Positions 9,439-18,905 of a DNA stretch of 64,000 nucleotides are shown here, one piece after another. Below the pieces are notes generated by a model. The model was not told the origin of the DNA. It did no database searches and saw only the letters and a list, made by a program, of their open reading frames with translations. The translations under genes and the position numbers were made by a program. This DNA comes from Planctomycetaceae bacterium (GTDB lineage Bacteria > Planctomycetota > UBA1135 > GCA-002686595): contig WYBT01000044.1 of assembly GCA_011525785.1 (NCBI GenBank), positions 15,996 through 79,995 on the forward strand. The letters run 5' to 3'. Positions within the stretch are counted from its first letter, which is position 1. Each line of letters opens with the position of its first letter.

Positions 9439-11694
9439 TCAACGCCAGACAGCGAAGGGCTCGAGCACGGTGGCGACGCGCGCAGCGACGACGCGGGCGA
9501 GTTCGGCTCGTCCGGCGGGCGACAGGCGTTCGACGCCCTCGAAATGCTGCGAGTCGAGCTGCGCTTGTTCGGCGAACTCGAGCACGTCCAGGCCCCAGAA
9601 GCGAAGCGTGCGTGCGAACGACGCCTGCGTGCTGACCAGCATGTCCGCGTCGAGCGCCTCTCCGGGCGCGAGCGGCTGCGCGCCGATGCGCGGATCGGTT
9701 GACGAAGGGAGGACCACGAGCACGAGGCGCGCGCCCTGTGCTTCGCAGCGTCGACGCAGCTCGAGCGCCGCACGCAGCGACAATTGGAGCGCTGCCGCGG
9801 CGGACGCCGGCCGCCGGGTCCAGCGCTGGGCGACGTCGGCGGCCGTCGGGCGCACGGCCAGGTCGATGGGCGCCCGCGCAGCCGCGGCCTCGCCGGAGTG
9901 CTCGCCGCGCAGCGCGCGCAGCAGCCGATCGAACTCGTAGGCCTCGAACAGGTCGTTGGGGCTCAACTGCACGACCACGACCTGGGGCTTGGCGCGGGCG
10001 AGATTGTCGAAGGCGCCGAGGTAGAGCTGCGGCCCGTAGCCCAAGGTCGTGGCGTCCAGGCAGTCGACGCCGACGTGCTGTTCAACCATGGATCCGCAGG
10101 GGTCGCCCTGGCTGCTCGGGCCGAACACGTATTCATCGCCCAACAGCAGGACTCGCGGCTTGTCGAGCTTGACCTTGCCGTCCGAGCCCGCGACCAGGGT
10201 GAGCGCGTTGGTCCGAAAGTGCGGCGCGGCCGGCTGGGCCCCGAGTCCGACGCGGTACGTGAACAGCGCCTTGGGATCGGCCCGGTGGAGCGGTGTGAGC
10301 TTGTGCAGCTGCGTGCGCTCGTCGTCCGTCGGCCAGCTCAGGTCGAACCCACCGTCGCCCAGATCGATCAGCGGCGCGGGCAGCGACGCGCGCGAGACTC
10401 GCAGCGTGCGGTGGCCCTCGACCCGCGCCGCGCCGGGCGACAGGAGTTCGTTGTTCGTCGGCGGCGCAGCGACAAGGCGCACCCTGCGCGCGTCGGCGGG
10501 GCGCGCGGCCTGGAGCAGCGGTTCGAGTTGCTCGGCGATCAGCTCGTGCGCGTCGAGCGCGATGTGCAGGTCGCTGTCCCAGTAGAACTTGCGGCCCGCA
10601 CTGCGGAAGTGCGGGCGCAGATCGACGACGTCGACGCGCAGGGAGCGCAGGTAGGCGAGGTAGCTGTCGCCCATGCGCCGGAACAGGTCGAGATGCTCCG
10701 GCGCGAGCCCGAAATGCCGCGCGAGGGCCTCGAACGTGCCGGCGTGCTGCTCCCACGCGACCTCGTGAGCCGGGGGGACGTACACGAAGACCGGATGCGC
10801 GGCGTGACGCAGGCTCGTCACGACGAACTCGAGCGACGCATCGCGCGCCGCCTGCAGGGCCACTTCCACCTGCTCGGGGTGCGCGGCGAAGTAGCTCAGC
10901 GCGAGAAAGCCCTGGTACACCGCGCCGTTGTGGATCTCGGCCCCAGCTTCGACGAGCGCGCGATGCTCGGGCCCCTTCCAGGGCCGTGAGCCGCCAGCGA
11001 GGTAGTGATGGGCCGGCAGCACCTCCTCGAAGTCGTTGCCGCCGTACACGACCGCCACGGCGACGTCCGGCGCCAGCGCGAGATGACGCTCGAGCGAGCC
11101 GAGGTAATGCAGGAAGCTGTAGCCGCCGCAGGCCGCGTTGAGGACTTCCGCATCGCGACCCGCGGCGCTCAAACGCCGCTGCAGCCGCGCCGTGAAGGTC
11201 TCGTCGGACCGACACACGCCGAAGGCGTGCGAATCACCGGTGACGAAGACCCGCAGCTCGGGCCGATCGCTTCGCACCTGATCGAGGGCCTTGTGCCCCA
11301 GGGCGTTGGTCCGGACCACCACCGTTCCACCCGGGTACTCGGGGAACGGGATCTCGAACAGGCTGTCGCCCAGCGTGTGGTAGTAGTCCTGGGGGTCGTA
11401 CTCGGTCCCCGGTCGATGACCTGGAAACAGACGTTCGAGCTCCTCCAGTGTGAGCGGCCGGCGCCGGAACGCCGACGGCGGAAAGAGCGGCCGATCGGCC
11501 TCGAACGGGTGCACGGCGCCGGCCCGCGCTGCGGCCAACCGCGGGCCCAGTTCCTCGCCGCTGTCCAGTGCGGCGGCGTCGCCGAAAACCGCGCGCACCG
11601 ACTCGGGGCTGCGGCGCTGCGCGAACCAGTAGACCAAGCCGCCAGCCAGGGCGGTCGAGAGCGCGAGCGTCAATACGCGGGAGAAAAGTGACAC
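9439..11694 (-). CDS. Membrane-anchored protein with two tandem SGNH/GDSL hydrolase domains
   Basis: N-terminal TM helix. Two SGNH-type blocks (VFVTGDSHAFG, and LLLGDEYVFGP with downstream GGND / DxxH-like elements). GTG start at 11692-11694. Lies 34 bp upstream of pdxA on the same strand. Confidence 0.65.
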   Translation of the reverse strand: MSLFSRVLTLALSTALAGGLVYWFAQRRSPESVRAVFGDAAALDSGEELGPRLAAARAGAVHPFEADRPLFPPSAFRRRPLTLEELERLFPGHRPGTEYDPQDYYHTLGDSLFEIPFPEYPGGTVVVRTNALGHKALDQVRSDRPELRVFVTGDSHAFGVCRSDETFTARLQRRLSAAGRDAEVLNAACGGYSFLHYLGSLERHLALAPDVAVAVVYGGNDFEEVLPAHHYLAGGSRPWKGPEHRALVEAGAEIHNGAVYQGFLALSYFAAHPEQVEVALQAARDASLEFVVTSLRHAAHPVFVYVPPAHEVAWEQHAGTFEALARHFGLAPEHLDLFRRMGDSYLAYLRSLRVDVVDLRPHFRSAGRKFYWDSDLHIALDAHELIAEQLEPLLQAARPADARRVRLVAAPPTNNELLSPGAARVEGHRTLRVSRASLPAPLIDLGDGGFDLSWPTDDERTQLHKLTPLHRADPKALFTYRVGLGAQPAAPHFRTNALTLVAGSDGKVKLDKPRVLLLGDEYVFGPSSQGDPCGSMVEQHVGVDCLDATTLGYGPQLYLGAFDNLARAKPQVVVVQLSPNDLFEAYEFDRLLRALRGEHSGEAAAARAPIDLAVRPTAADVAQRWTRRPASAAAALQLSLRAALELRRRCEAQGARLVLVVLPSSTDPRIGAQPLAPGEALDADMLVSTQASFARTLRFWGLDVLEFAEQAQLDSQHFEGVERLSPAGRAELARVVAARVATVLEPFAVWR

Positions 11695-11865
11695 GGCGTG
11701 CGTGCGCGACGGATCTCGCGGCGAATCGAGACCTCAGCGAGACGCAATTGAGTCTAGCAGTCCGCTTTCGATGCGCTTGGAGCGCGACTCCGAACGGGGA
11801 GCGCTCGAGCGAACGTCGGGCGCCTCGTGTTCGGACACGCGCCGGGCGAAGGCGCCAGCGCGCGG

Positions 11866-12177
11866 TCAGGACGGGCGCTGCCGCGTCGTTGCGTCCGCCG
11901 CGAGCTCGCCGTTGCAGCGGTAGAGCCACACCAGGACCTGCGCGACGGCCGCGTACAGCTCGGGCGGGATCTCGTCCCCCACTTCGCAGCGCGAGAGCAG
12001 CGTGAGCAGGTCGCGGTCGCGCCGCACGGCGACGCCGTGGCGCTCGGCGAGGACGAGCATCTGCTCGGCCATCCAAGCGCGCGCCTGTGCGACCACGCGC
12101 GGAGTCTCGCCGCTGTGGTGACGCAGCGCCACGGCCTGGAGCTGCGCGTCGGACGCCGGCGGCGGGGAGTGCTCCAT
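11866..12177 (-). CDS. FlhB C-terminal-domain-like protein (EscU/YscU/FlhB family small homolog)
   Basis: 103 aa. AVALRHHSGETPRVVAQARAWMAEQMLVLAERHGVAVRRDRDLLTLLSRCEVGDEIPPELYAAVAQVL matches the consensus of small FlhB-like proteins (AVALRY..APRVVAKG....A.E.GVP....L...L...EIP.ELY.AVAEVL). There is no NPTH motif. ATG at 12175-12177. Confidence 0.7.
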   Translation of the reverse strand: MEHSPPPASDAQLQAVALRHHSGETPRVVAQARAWMAEQMLVLAERHGVAVRRDRDLLTLLSRCEVGDEIPPELYAAVAQVLVWLYRCNGELAADATTRQRPS

Positions 12178-12182
12178 CGCGC

Positions 12183-13616
12183 TCAGCCCTCGATGTCCAT
12201 CACGTGCCGCGAAGCGAAGAACGACGAGCGCGCCGGCGCGTCGCTGTGGAGCTCGCGCTCGTCGCTCGCGCGCGCGACCGAGACCCGCGCCGCGACCCCG
12301 CCAGCGGAGAGCAGCTGTTCGAGCTCCGGGATGCGCTGCGCGAGCGACTCCACCACCTGGGCATCGCGCGCCAGGACGCGCGCGCTCACGCCGTTCTCGG
12401 TCTGCAGCAGATCGACGTGGACGGCGCCCGTGCGGGAGAACTCGACTTCCAACGCGATGCGCCGCGCGCGGGGCCCGCCGGGCGCAGGCGCGCGCGAGCC
12501 ATCGCGCACCACGGCGAGGTGCAGCGTGCTCCAGCGCTCGCCGTCGTGCAGCGGCACGCTCCACTGCGCGCTCTCGTCGACCTCCGCGCGCGCGAGGTTC
12601 AGCAGTTGGTCGGCTTCGATGCCGTTGAGCGCGCGCTCCACCGCGCTGCGCAGCGGTCCCTCGCTCAGTTGCTCGTGGGCGGCGAGCAACTGCGCCTTGA
12701 GGTCAGCGTTCAGCAGGCTGGCGAGTTCGCGGGGACTCGCGCCGCGCGCGTTCGCATCCGGCGCGAGCGTGCGCAGCAGCAAACGGCGCATCCAGGTCGG
12801 CCAGCGCGGCCAGTCCAGGGCCTCGAGCGCACTCGCCAGTGCGCGGGCCTGCGCGGGCGCGAGCTGGGCCAGCGCCCGCGCCAGTTGGCGCGCCGGGTCG
12901 AGCTCGGGCGCGCCCGCCCCGGGAGTGGTCCCCAGTCCAGCGTCCGCCGACGCGCCGAGCACCTGCGCGAGCGCCTGGGCCAGCTTGTGAAGGAGCGACG
13001 GGCCCTCATCGCCGAGCGCCGAGCTCAGTTGAGCCTCCAGTGCGCCGAGCAGCTCGCGACCGATCCGCTCGGACTGGTCGGACGGCGCGCCGTCCAGCGC
13101 CGCCTCGGCCAGCTGACCTTCGAACGCCAGACCCGAGCGCTCGAGCTTCGCGCGCAACTCGGCCGCGTCTTCGCCCGGCCGCCAGGCGTGCTCGCTCACG
13201 GCGCGCTCCCAGGGCGCATTCGGCTCGCCCGAGCGCGCGCGCGACTCGCCCAGCAGCTGCGCCAGGTCCTGGAGCAACGCGCCGACCGGGGCTTCGGCCC
13301 CCAGAAGCGAACGCAACGCGCGCAGCAGCTCCGGCGGCGCCGCGTCCGGCTCGCCCGCCACGCGCAGCTCGAGCGGCGAGCCGGAGCTCACCACCTCGAA
13401 CCAGTAGCGCCTGCCCGGCTGCAACTGCGTCTGCGCACGGGCCGGAACGCGCAGCGGGCCGACTCCCAGCAGCACGGTCCCGCCGCTCATGGTCTGGAGC
13501 ACGTCGCCCGCGAAGACGCGCCCCTGTTGCAGGCTGACCTGCACGTCGACCGCGGTGTGTTGAGGCGGCCGGGTCCAGCCGCTGCTGGCCGCGCCTTGGA
13601 TTGCGAGCGGATCCAT
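12183..13616 (-). CDS. FliK-like hook-length-control-domain protein
   Basis: 477 aa, Ala/Leu/Gln-rich central region. The C-terminal ~90 aa (ARRIALEVEFSRTGAVHVDLLQTENGVSARVLARDAQVVESLAQRIPELEQLL) have the Flg_hook/FliK C-terminal pattern. Its stop lies 6 bp upstream of the FlhB-like start. Confidence 0.5.
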   Translation of the reverse strand: MDPLAIQGAASSGWTRPPQHTAVDVQVSLQQGRVFAGDVLQTMSGGTVLLGVGPLRVPARAQTQLQPGRRYWFEVVSSGSPLELRVAGEPDAAPPELLRALRSLLGAEAPVGALLQDLAQLLGESRARSGEPNAPWERAVSEHAWRPGEDAAELRAKLERSGLAFEGQLAEAALDGAPSDQSERIGRELLGALEAQLSSALGDEGPSLLHKLAQALAQVLGASADAGLGTTPGAGAPELDPARQLARALAQLAPAQARALASALEALDWPRWPTWMRRLLLRTLAPDANARGASPRELASLLNADLKAQLLAAHEQLSEGPLRSAVERALNGIEADQLLNLARAEVDESAQWSVPLHDGERWSTLHLAVVRDGSRAPAPGGPRARRIALEVEFSRTGAVHVDLLQTENGVSARVLARDAQVVESLAQRIPELEQLLSAGGVAARVSVARASDERELHSDAPARSSFFASRHVMDIEG

Positions 13617-13775
13617 CCGCGGGGTTATCGGACGGGCCCCGCGCGGCGTGAGCGCCGGACGCCGAAACGACCGACGCCCCCGCCCCGCCGCGGCGGAGCG
13701 AGAGCGTCAGGTGGAAGGGCGTGCGCCCCGGAACTGAGTCGCGACGGACGCGCGACGGAGTCGAGGGCGCGCCGG

Positions 13776-14477
13776 TCAGTCGTGCTGCACGAGGTGGATC
13801 ACGCTGCCCGCCTGGTGCACGTCGAGCGTGCGGGTCAGGCCGGTCAGGCTCTGGGCGCGCCACTTCATGCCCAGCGGGAGCACGCCGGAGCTGGAGAGCT
13901 GCTGCAGCGGCAGGGGCAGGTAGCCCAGCGGCAGCGCCTGGACGCTGCGGACTTCGCCGCTGACGCTCAGCGTCGCGACTCCGCCGAGGAAGCTCGAGCC
14001 GATGCGGATCTGCGCCGTGACCGGCGTGGTCATCAGGCGCTCGCGGTCGAGCAGGAGCGAGAGCTGGCCGTAGAACTCGATCCGCAGCCGACCGTCGGCG
14101 AGCGCGAAGACGTCGTAGTTGGCGTCGGGCGACGCAGGCGTCGCGTCGAGCAGCACCGCAAGCAGATCTGCCTCGCGGCCGGTCAGGACCAGCGACGGCC
14201 GCTGCGGGCCGACCGTCGAGGGCGCGCCGGCCTCGCCGTGCTCACCCGCGGGGTTCGAACCACCGCCCGGAGCCGTCAGCGGCAGGCTTCCGATGGAGTC
14301 GCCACCGCTGCCGCCGAAGCGCAGGGCGTCGGTTCCGCCTGCGAAGACCGAGCGCGCGACGGTCGCGACGAGGAGCGCGGTGAGCAACAGACCGACGCTC
14401 AGGACGGTCCTGAGCGCCGCGGTTCGCGAGGCGCGGGCGGCGTCGGAGCGCTGCGCAACTTCGATGGGATGTCTCAT
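13776..14477 (-). CDS. Hypothetical membrane-anchored protein
   Basis: ATG at 14475-14477. One N-terminal TM segment (LSVGLLLTALLVATVA), a Gly-rich linker, then a periplasmic-looking domain. Same strand as, and upstream of, the FliK-like gene. Confidence 0.4.
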   Translation of the reverse strand: MRHPIEVAQRSDAARASRTAALRTVLSVGLLLTALLVATVARSVFAGGTDALRFGGSGGDSIGSLPLTAPGGGSNPAGEHGEAGAPSTVGPQRPSLVLTGREADLLAVLLDATPASPDANYDVFALADGRLRIEFYGQLSLLLDRERLMTTPVTAQIRIGSSFLGGVATLSVSGEVRSVQALPLGYLPLPLQQLSSSGVLPLGMKWRAQSLTGLTRTLDVHQAGSVIHLVQHD

Positions 14478-14676
14478 GGCTTGGGTCGGAGGGCGCCTGG
14501 GTTCCGCACCAGGTGCGCGCGTGAGGGGGACGCTCGCGGCGCGCGGCGGACGAAGGCGATTGGACTTGAAGGGCGACTCGAAGGATTCGGGGGCGTTGGA
14601 GGTGTGGGCGCTCGGGGGCTGCGCACCCGCGGCGGAGTGCGCGACAGGGCGCGCGAGAGTGAACTCGAGCGGCGGG

Positions 14677-15765
14677 TCAGACCTCGCTGGCTCCGGCGGG
14701 GCTGCCGCCGAAGAGCTCAGGACAGGTGCTGACCAGCGCCTGGGCGAACCCGCGCGAGCCCTCCACGGCCGCTTGCAGCCGCGGCGATGAAGAGAAGGCC
14801 CGCACGATGTCCTCGAGCTGATCGGGGTGCCGGTCGAGCAGGCGCCGGAAGTAGTGCAATGACCGGCGTTGGTCGCCGAGCAATGCGTACTGCAGACCGA
14901 TGTTGAACAAAGCGAAGTAGAAGCGCGGATCTTCGCTCTCCAGGCCGCTCAGCGAGACCCAGCGGAAGTAGGTCAGCGCACGGCGGTGGTCGCCCTCCTG
15001 CTCGTACAGCTTGCCGAGCTGCACCGCGGCGTGACCGCGGTTGGCCGGTGACATGGCGCTGTCGAAGATCTCGCCGTACTCGCGCGCGGCCAGCAGGCGC
15101 TTGCCTTCGTGCGCGTGGAGGAAGGCCATGTACAGGCGCGCTTCCTCGTGCGTGGGATCGGCGGACAACGCCTCTTCGAGCAGGCGGCGGCCCTTCTCGA
15201 TCGGCGAGGCGATCTCCTTGAGCCGGCCGTTGAGCATCGCGCGCGCGTGGCGCCAATCGACGCGATCGAGACCGAAGCGCGGGCGCTCGGACTCGCGCTC
15301 CTGCGCGCCACTTTCGTCGGACTCGCCCTCGCGCTTGAGCAGCACGCCGTCGACGAAACCGCGGCCGCGGGTCTGCGTGGGCTCGACATCGACCGCCTTC
15401 TCGAACACGCGCGTGCGCAGCCAGTCGGGATCGACGCCGGTCAGCACGTAGGCCTTGCCGAGCTGGTAGAAGATGGTCGAGAGCTTGTGCACCAGTTCGA
15501 TGGCGCTGGCGCCGCTGGCGATCTCCTGGCCGGTGAGGCCGGTGACGTGCGCGAGCAGGCGCTGCGGGTCGGCGACATCCAGGTGCAGGCGCAGGCAGCG
15601 CCGGCTGTCGTCGAAGAACGAGCGGCACGGCGCGCAGGCCTCCAGGTGCACCAAGGCGCGAGCGGAGGCGTGCTCGTCGAGCTCGCCGTCCAGCAGGCAC
15701 GACAGGTCGAGCTGGAAGTGCTCGCACAAGTCCGCCGCGTTTCCGCCAATCCAATCGGTTGCCAT
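14677..15765 (-). CDS. Anti-sigma factor (zf-HC2 zinc-finger) with C-terminal TPR repeats
   Basis: HLEACAPC is the H-x3-C-x2-C anti-sigma zinc-binding motif. The C-terminal half has TPR-like repeats. It lies directly downstream of the ECF sigma gene. Confidence 0.65.
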   Translation of the reverse strand: MATDWIGGNAADLCEHFQLDLSCLLDGELDEHASARALVHLEACAPCRSFFDDSRRCLRLHLDVADPQRLLAHVTGLTGQEIASGASAIELVHKLSTIFYQLGKAYVLTGVDPDWLRTRVFEKAVDVEPTQTRGRGFVDGVLLKREGESDESGAQERESERPRFGLDRVDWRHARAMLNGRLKEIASPIEKGRRLLEEALSADPTHEEARLYMAFLHAHEGKRLLAAREYGEIFDSAMSPANRGHAAVQLGKLYEQEGDHRRALTYFRWVSLSGLESEDPRFYFALFNIGLQYALLGDQRRSLHYFRRLLDRHPDQLEDIVRAFSSSPRLQAAVEGSRGFAQALVSTCPELFGGSPAGASEV

Positions 15766-15886
15766 CGGGTCGTCCTCGCCTGGCGCCGTTCCACTGCGGA
15801 CCGGCGCACGGTCGTGATCTGTCTGGGGCTGGGTGTTGGGTTTGGTGCGTTAGGGGGCTGCGTTTCGCGTCGAGCAGGCTCGAGGG

Positions 15887-16861
15887 CTAGTCCGCCGACT
15901 CGGGAGGGTTGCGGTCCCACTCGCCCTCGGGCGAGCGGGGCTCTGGGCGTTCGACGGAGGCGTCATCTCCATCGCACTGCGCGGCTTCGCCGGCGCCGGT
16001 CGCCCGGCCCAGGGCGGCGCGCGCGCGTGCGCCAGCGGCGCTGGGCGCTTCGCGCTGCGGGTCGCGCGCGGGTCGGCAGTCGGGCGCCTGGCCTTCGAAC
16101 ACGCGGCGCATCGAGCGATGGATCTTCCGACGCGCGCGGAAGATCACCATCTTGAGGTTCTCGAGCTTGATCCCCAGCCGCTGGGCCGCTTCGCGGTAGC
16201 TGGTCTCCTCGACCTCGACCATGTGGATCGCGGTGCGCTCGCGCGGGCTGAGCTGCGAGTAGAACTCGAGGTACAGGTGCAGGTACGTGAGGTACACCCG
16301 CCCGCACTCGCGCGTCGACTCGTGGTCGATCACACCGTTGACCGGCGTGGCGTCGGCGCGCGTGGGCTGGTCCGACAGGTCCTCGAAGCCCACTTCGTGC
16401 CGACCGTTGCGCGCCAGCGAGCGCAGGTGCTTGAGCACCGTGTTGCGCACGATCATCGCCGTCCAAACGCGGAACGCGTCGTCGCGTTCGCAGTTGAAGC
16501 GATGCGGGTAGCGGTAGACGTTGAAGAACACTTCCTGCAGCACGTCGCGCGGGTCGGCCTTGCTGCCGTAGCGGCGCAGACAGCTGGCGACCTGGTTCAA
16601 CAGGTGGTCGCAGTTCAGCTCGTAGAGCAGTCCGAAGGCCGCACGGCTCTCGCTGGTGCGGAAGTACTCCATCAAGCGCGTCGAGAGCGCGTCGCGCACC
16701 GACTCGGGGCTGCGCTGAGCGCTCGACGTGATCGCCTCCCAGCGGGCGACTTCTTCGGCCGGAGCCTCGCGCCGCACGGCGGCCAGTTTGGCGCGCCAGT
16801 CGGGGGCGGGCGTCGCAGCGCTGAGCGCTACGGCCTTGGCTTGCGGATCGGCATCTAGCAT
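15887..16861 (-). CDS. ECF-type RNA polymerase sigma-70 family factor with N- and C-terminal extensions
   Basis: Region 2 (FGLLYELNCDHLLNQVASCLRRYG...DVLQEVFFNVYRY) and region 4 HTH (LSPRERTAIHMVEVEETSYREAAQRLGIKLENLKMVIFRARRKI). ATG at 16859-16861. The ORF-track extension to 18058 is antisense to queG and I reject it. Confidence 0.7.
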   Translation of the reverse strand: MLDADPQAKAVALSAATPAPDWRAKLAAVRREAPAEEVARWEAITSSAQRSPESVRDALSTRLMEYFRTSESRAAFGLLYELNCDHLLNQVASCLRRYGSKADPRDVLQEVFFNVYRYPHRFNCERDDAFRVWTAMIVRNTVLKHLRSLARNGRHEVGFEDLSDQPTRADATPVNGVIDHESTRECGRVYLTYLHLYLEFYSQLSPRERTAIHMVEVEETSYREAAQRLGIKLENLKMVIFRARRKIHRSMRRVFEGQAPDCRPARDPQREAPSAAGARARAALGRATGAGEAAQCDGDDASVERPEPRSPEGEWDRNPPESAD

Positions 16862-17020
16862 CGGCTCCGCGCGAACAAAAAGGGGGAGTGGAGGGCCGAC
16901 AGGAACTGAGAGGCGTGAATCGTAGACAGAGGCTACGCGCTTGTAACCCCATGTTTTCAGGAAACCTTTCGCTTCTCGCGCGAGTCGCCGCTCGCTCGGG
17001 CCGCCCGCGGGCCCCGTAGG

Positions 17021-18157
17021 ATGCGAGCCGTGGCCTCCACCGAGCGCGCCCTCGAGCTGACCCGCGAGTGCGGCTTCGATCTCGCAGGGGTGGCGCCGCT
17101 GCACAGCCCACGGGACGCCGAACACTGGCGGCGCTGGATCGAGCGGGGCCGCCACGCGGGCATGGACTGGCTGGAGCGCGACCTCGAGCGCGTCGCCGAC
17201 CCGCGCACCTGGGCGCCGCGCGGCCGCTCGCTGCTGGTGGTCGGCCTGGGTCACTCGCGCCCCGCGGTGCAACTCCCCGACGGCGCCTCGATCGCGCGCT
17301 ACGCCGCGGGCCGCGACTACCACAACGTCATGCGGCGGCGGCTGCGCAAGCTTCGCCGTCTGCTGCAGCAGGAGGGCTTGATCGGCAAGCCGTCCTGGTC
17401 GTACGTCTCGTCCGACTCCGTGCCGCTGCTCGAGCGCTCGCACGCCGCCGAGGCCGGCCTGGGCTTCAGCTCCAAGGCCGCCAACCTGCTCCACCCCAGC
17501 TTCGGCCCGTGGTTCTTCCTGGGCGAGGTGATCGTCGACGTCGAACTCGAGCCGACGCCTGCGCCGCCGGCCGGGAGCTGCGGAACCTGCCGCGCCTGCC
17601 TCGACGCGTGTCCCACGGGCGCGATCGTCGCCCCTGGCGAGGTCGACGCGCGGCTGTGCTTGAGTTACCACAACATCGAGAGCGAGCACGCAGTGCCGCG
17701 CGAGCTGCGCGCCGGCCTGGGCCAGTGGGCCTTCGGCTGCGACGTGTGCTCGCAGGTCTGTCCGTGGGGCGCGAAGGCCCCGGACTTGAGCGAGCGCTTC
17801 GGCCTGCACCCGAGCCTCGCGGAACACGGCGTCGTGCGCTGGCTCGAACTCGCCGACGAGGCCGAGGTCTCGAGCGTCTTCGCGGGCGCCGCGCTGCAGC
17901 GGCCGCGCCGCGCGGGGCTGGCGCGCAACGCCGCGATCGTGCTGGGCAACCGCGAGGGCCACGAGGCCGACCAAGTGCTGCTGCGCGCGCTCAACTTCGA
18001 CCCCGAACCGCTGGTGCGCGAGGCGGCCGGCTGGGCCCTGGCGCGCACGCGCTCGCACTCGGCCGCGGTCCGTGCGGCGCTCGAGGCTGCCTACGCGCGA
18101 GAGAGCGATCCCGCGGCGCGGGCCGAGTTGCGCCGGAGCCTCGACGGCGAGCTGTGA
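17021..18157 (+). CDS. queG: tRNA epoxyqueuosine(34) reductase
   Basis: 4Fe-4S ferredoxin motifs CGTCRACLDACPTGA and CDVCSQVCPWG. The C-terminal HEAT-like tail is typical of QueG. Confidence 0.85.
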   Translation: MRAVASTERALELTRECGFDLAGVAPLHSPRDAEHWRRWIERGRHAGMDWLERDLERVADPRTWAPRGRSLLVVGLGHSRPAVQLPDGASIARYAAGRDYHNVMRRRLRKLRRLLQQEGLIGKPSWSYVSSDSVPLLERSHAAEAGLGFSSKAANLLHPSFGPWFFLGEVIVDVELEPTPAPPAGSCGTCRACLDACPTGAIVAPGEVDARLCLSYHNIESEHAVPRELRAGLGQWAFGCDVCSQVCPWGAKAPDLSERFGLHPSLAEHGVVRWLELADEAEVSSVFAGAALQRPRRAGLARNAAIVLGNREGHEADQVLLRALNFDPEPLVREAAGWALARTRSHSAAVRAALEAAYARESDPAARAELRRSLDGEL

Positions 18158-18569
18158 AGCGCGCGGCGTCGCGCGCCGTGAACATCGGCGCAGCGAACGT
18201 CGATTTCCCGCAACGCGGCCGGGCGCCGGCCCCGCGGATCCAAGCCGCGAGGGACGCGACGTGCTCGCAGCCCCCGCGCATGGCCCGCGGGCGGATGCGC
18301 TCGGAATGATCTTCCTGTCAGCGCGCGCCCGAAGTGTGCAACGAGTTGGACCCCGGGCCGCGCGCGCGCCGTCGCACGTTCATCGAACGCGACGCGCACG
18401 CGCCGCGGGCCAACCCTGGTCCGCGCTTGTGTGAGCGTTCGCAAACGCTTGACGCCTGCGAACTTGGATGTTGCGGGCGGGCCTTCGTGGCGCACTTGGC
18501 GGCGCGCTTGCTTCCAGGGATGGCGAGCCCACGACACGCCCGACGCAGCCACCACCTCGAAGCCACACC

Positions 18570-18794
18570 ATGGAAAACGCCGACTACTACAGCGACCGCA
18601 AGCACTGCTCGAAGTGTGACGCCTACGTGCCGTACCTGATGAGCGTGGACCGCAGCTACTGCGCGCACTGCGGCGCGGAAGTGCGCCTGTTCTCGAAGTC
18701 CGACTGGAGCGAGTTCCAGCGCGAGATCGCCGAGCGTCGCCCCAAGGGCGGTCGCCCGCGCAAGGGCCAGGACGGTCGTCGCGAGACGGCCTGA
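18570..18794 (+). CDS. Small zinc-ribbon protein (74 aa)
   Basis: MENADYYSDRKHCSKCDAYVPYLMSVDRSYCAHCGAEV has two CxxC pairs. Basic C-terminus. No clear RBS. Confidence 0.35.
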   Translation: MENADYYSDRKHCSKCDAYVPYLMSVDRSYCAHCGAEVRLFSKSDWSEFQREIAERRPKGGRPRKGQDGRRETA

Positions 18795-18905
18795 GCGACG
18801 CGAACGCCGGCGCGAACTCCAGCGCCGCTCCAAAGCGCGAGCGCGCGCTCCTGAGGCGAGCTGCGCACGCAAACTTGCGCGAGATTCCCCCGTCCCGCGC
18901 GGCCG

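Noticed and set aside
11234-12076. 280-aa Arg-rich ORF overlapping the SGNH and FlhB-like genes
   Set aside because: Composition artefact. The region is better explained by the SGNH hydrolase (GTG start at 11694) and the 103-aa FlhB-like gene.
14246-14255. GGTTCGAACC resembling a tRNA T-arm
   Set aside because: It is a short palindrome inside a CDS with no flanking acceptor or anticodon structure. No tRNA could be folded around it by eye.
12087-14732. 881-aa plus-strand ORF across the FliK-like / hypothetical region
   Set aside because: Antisense to the FliK-like gene, which has a recognisable C-terminal domain. Arg-rich and low-complexity.
18157-18190. GC palindrome (GCGCGCGGCGTCGCGCGC) after queG as a terminator
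   Set aside because: It is a self-complementary GC run with no U-tract. Such palindromes are frequent in this GC background.
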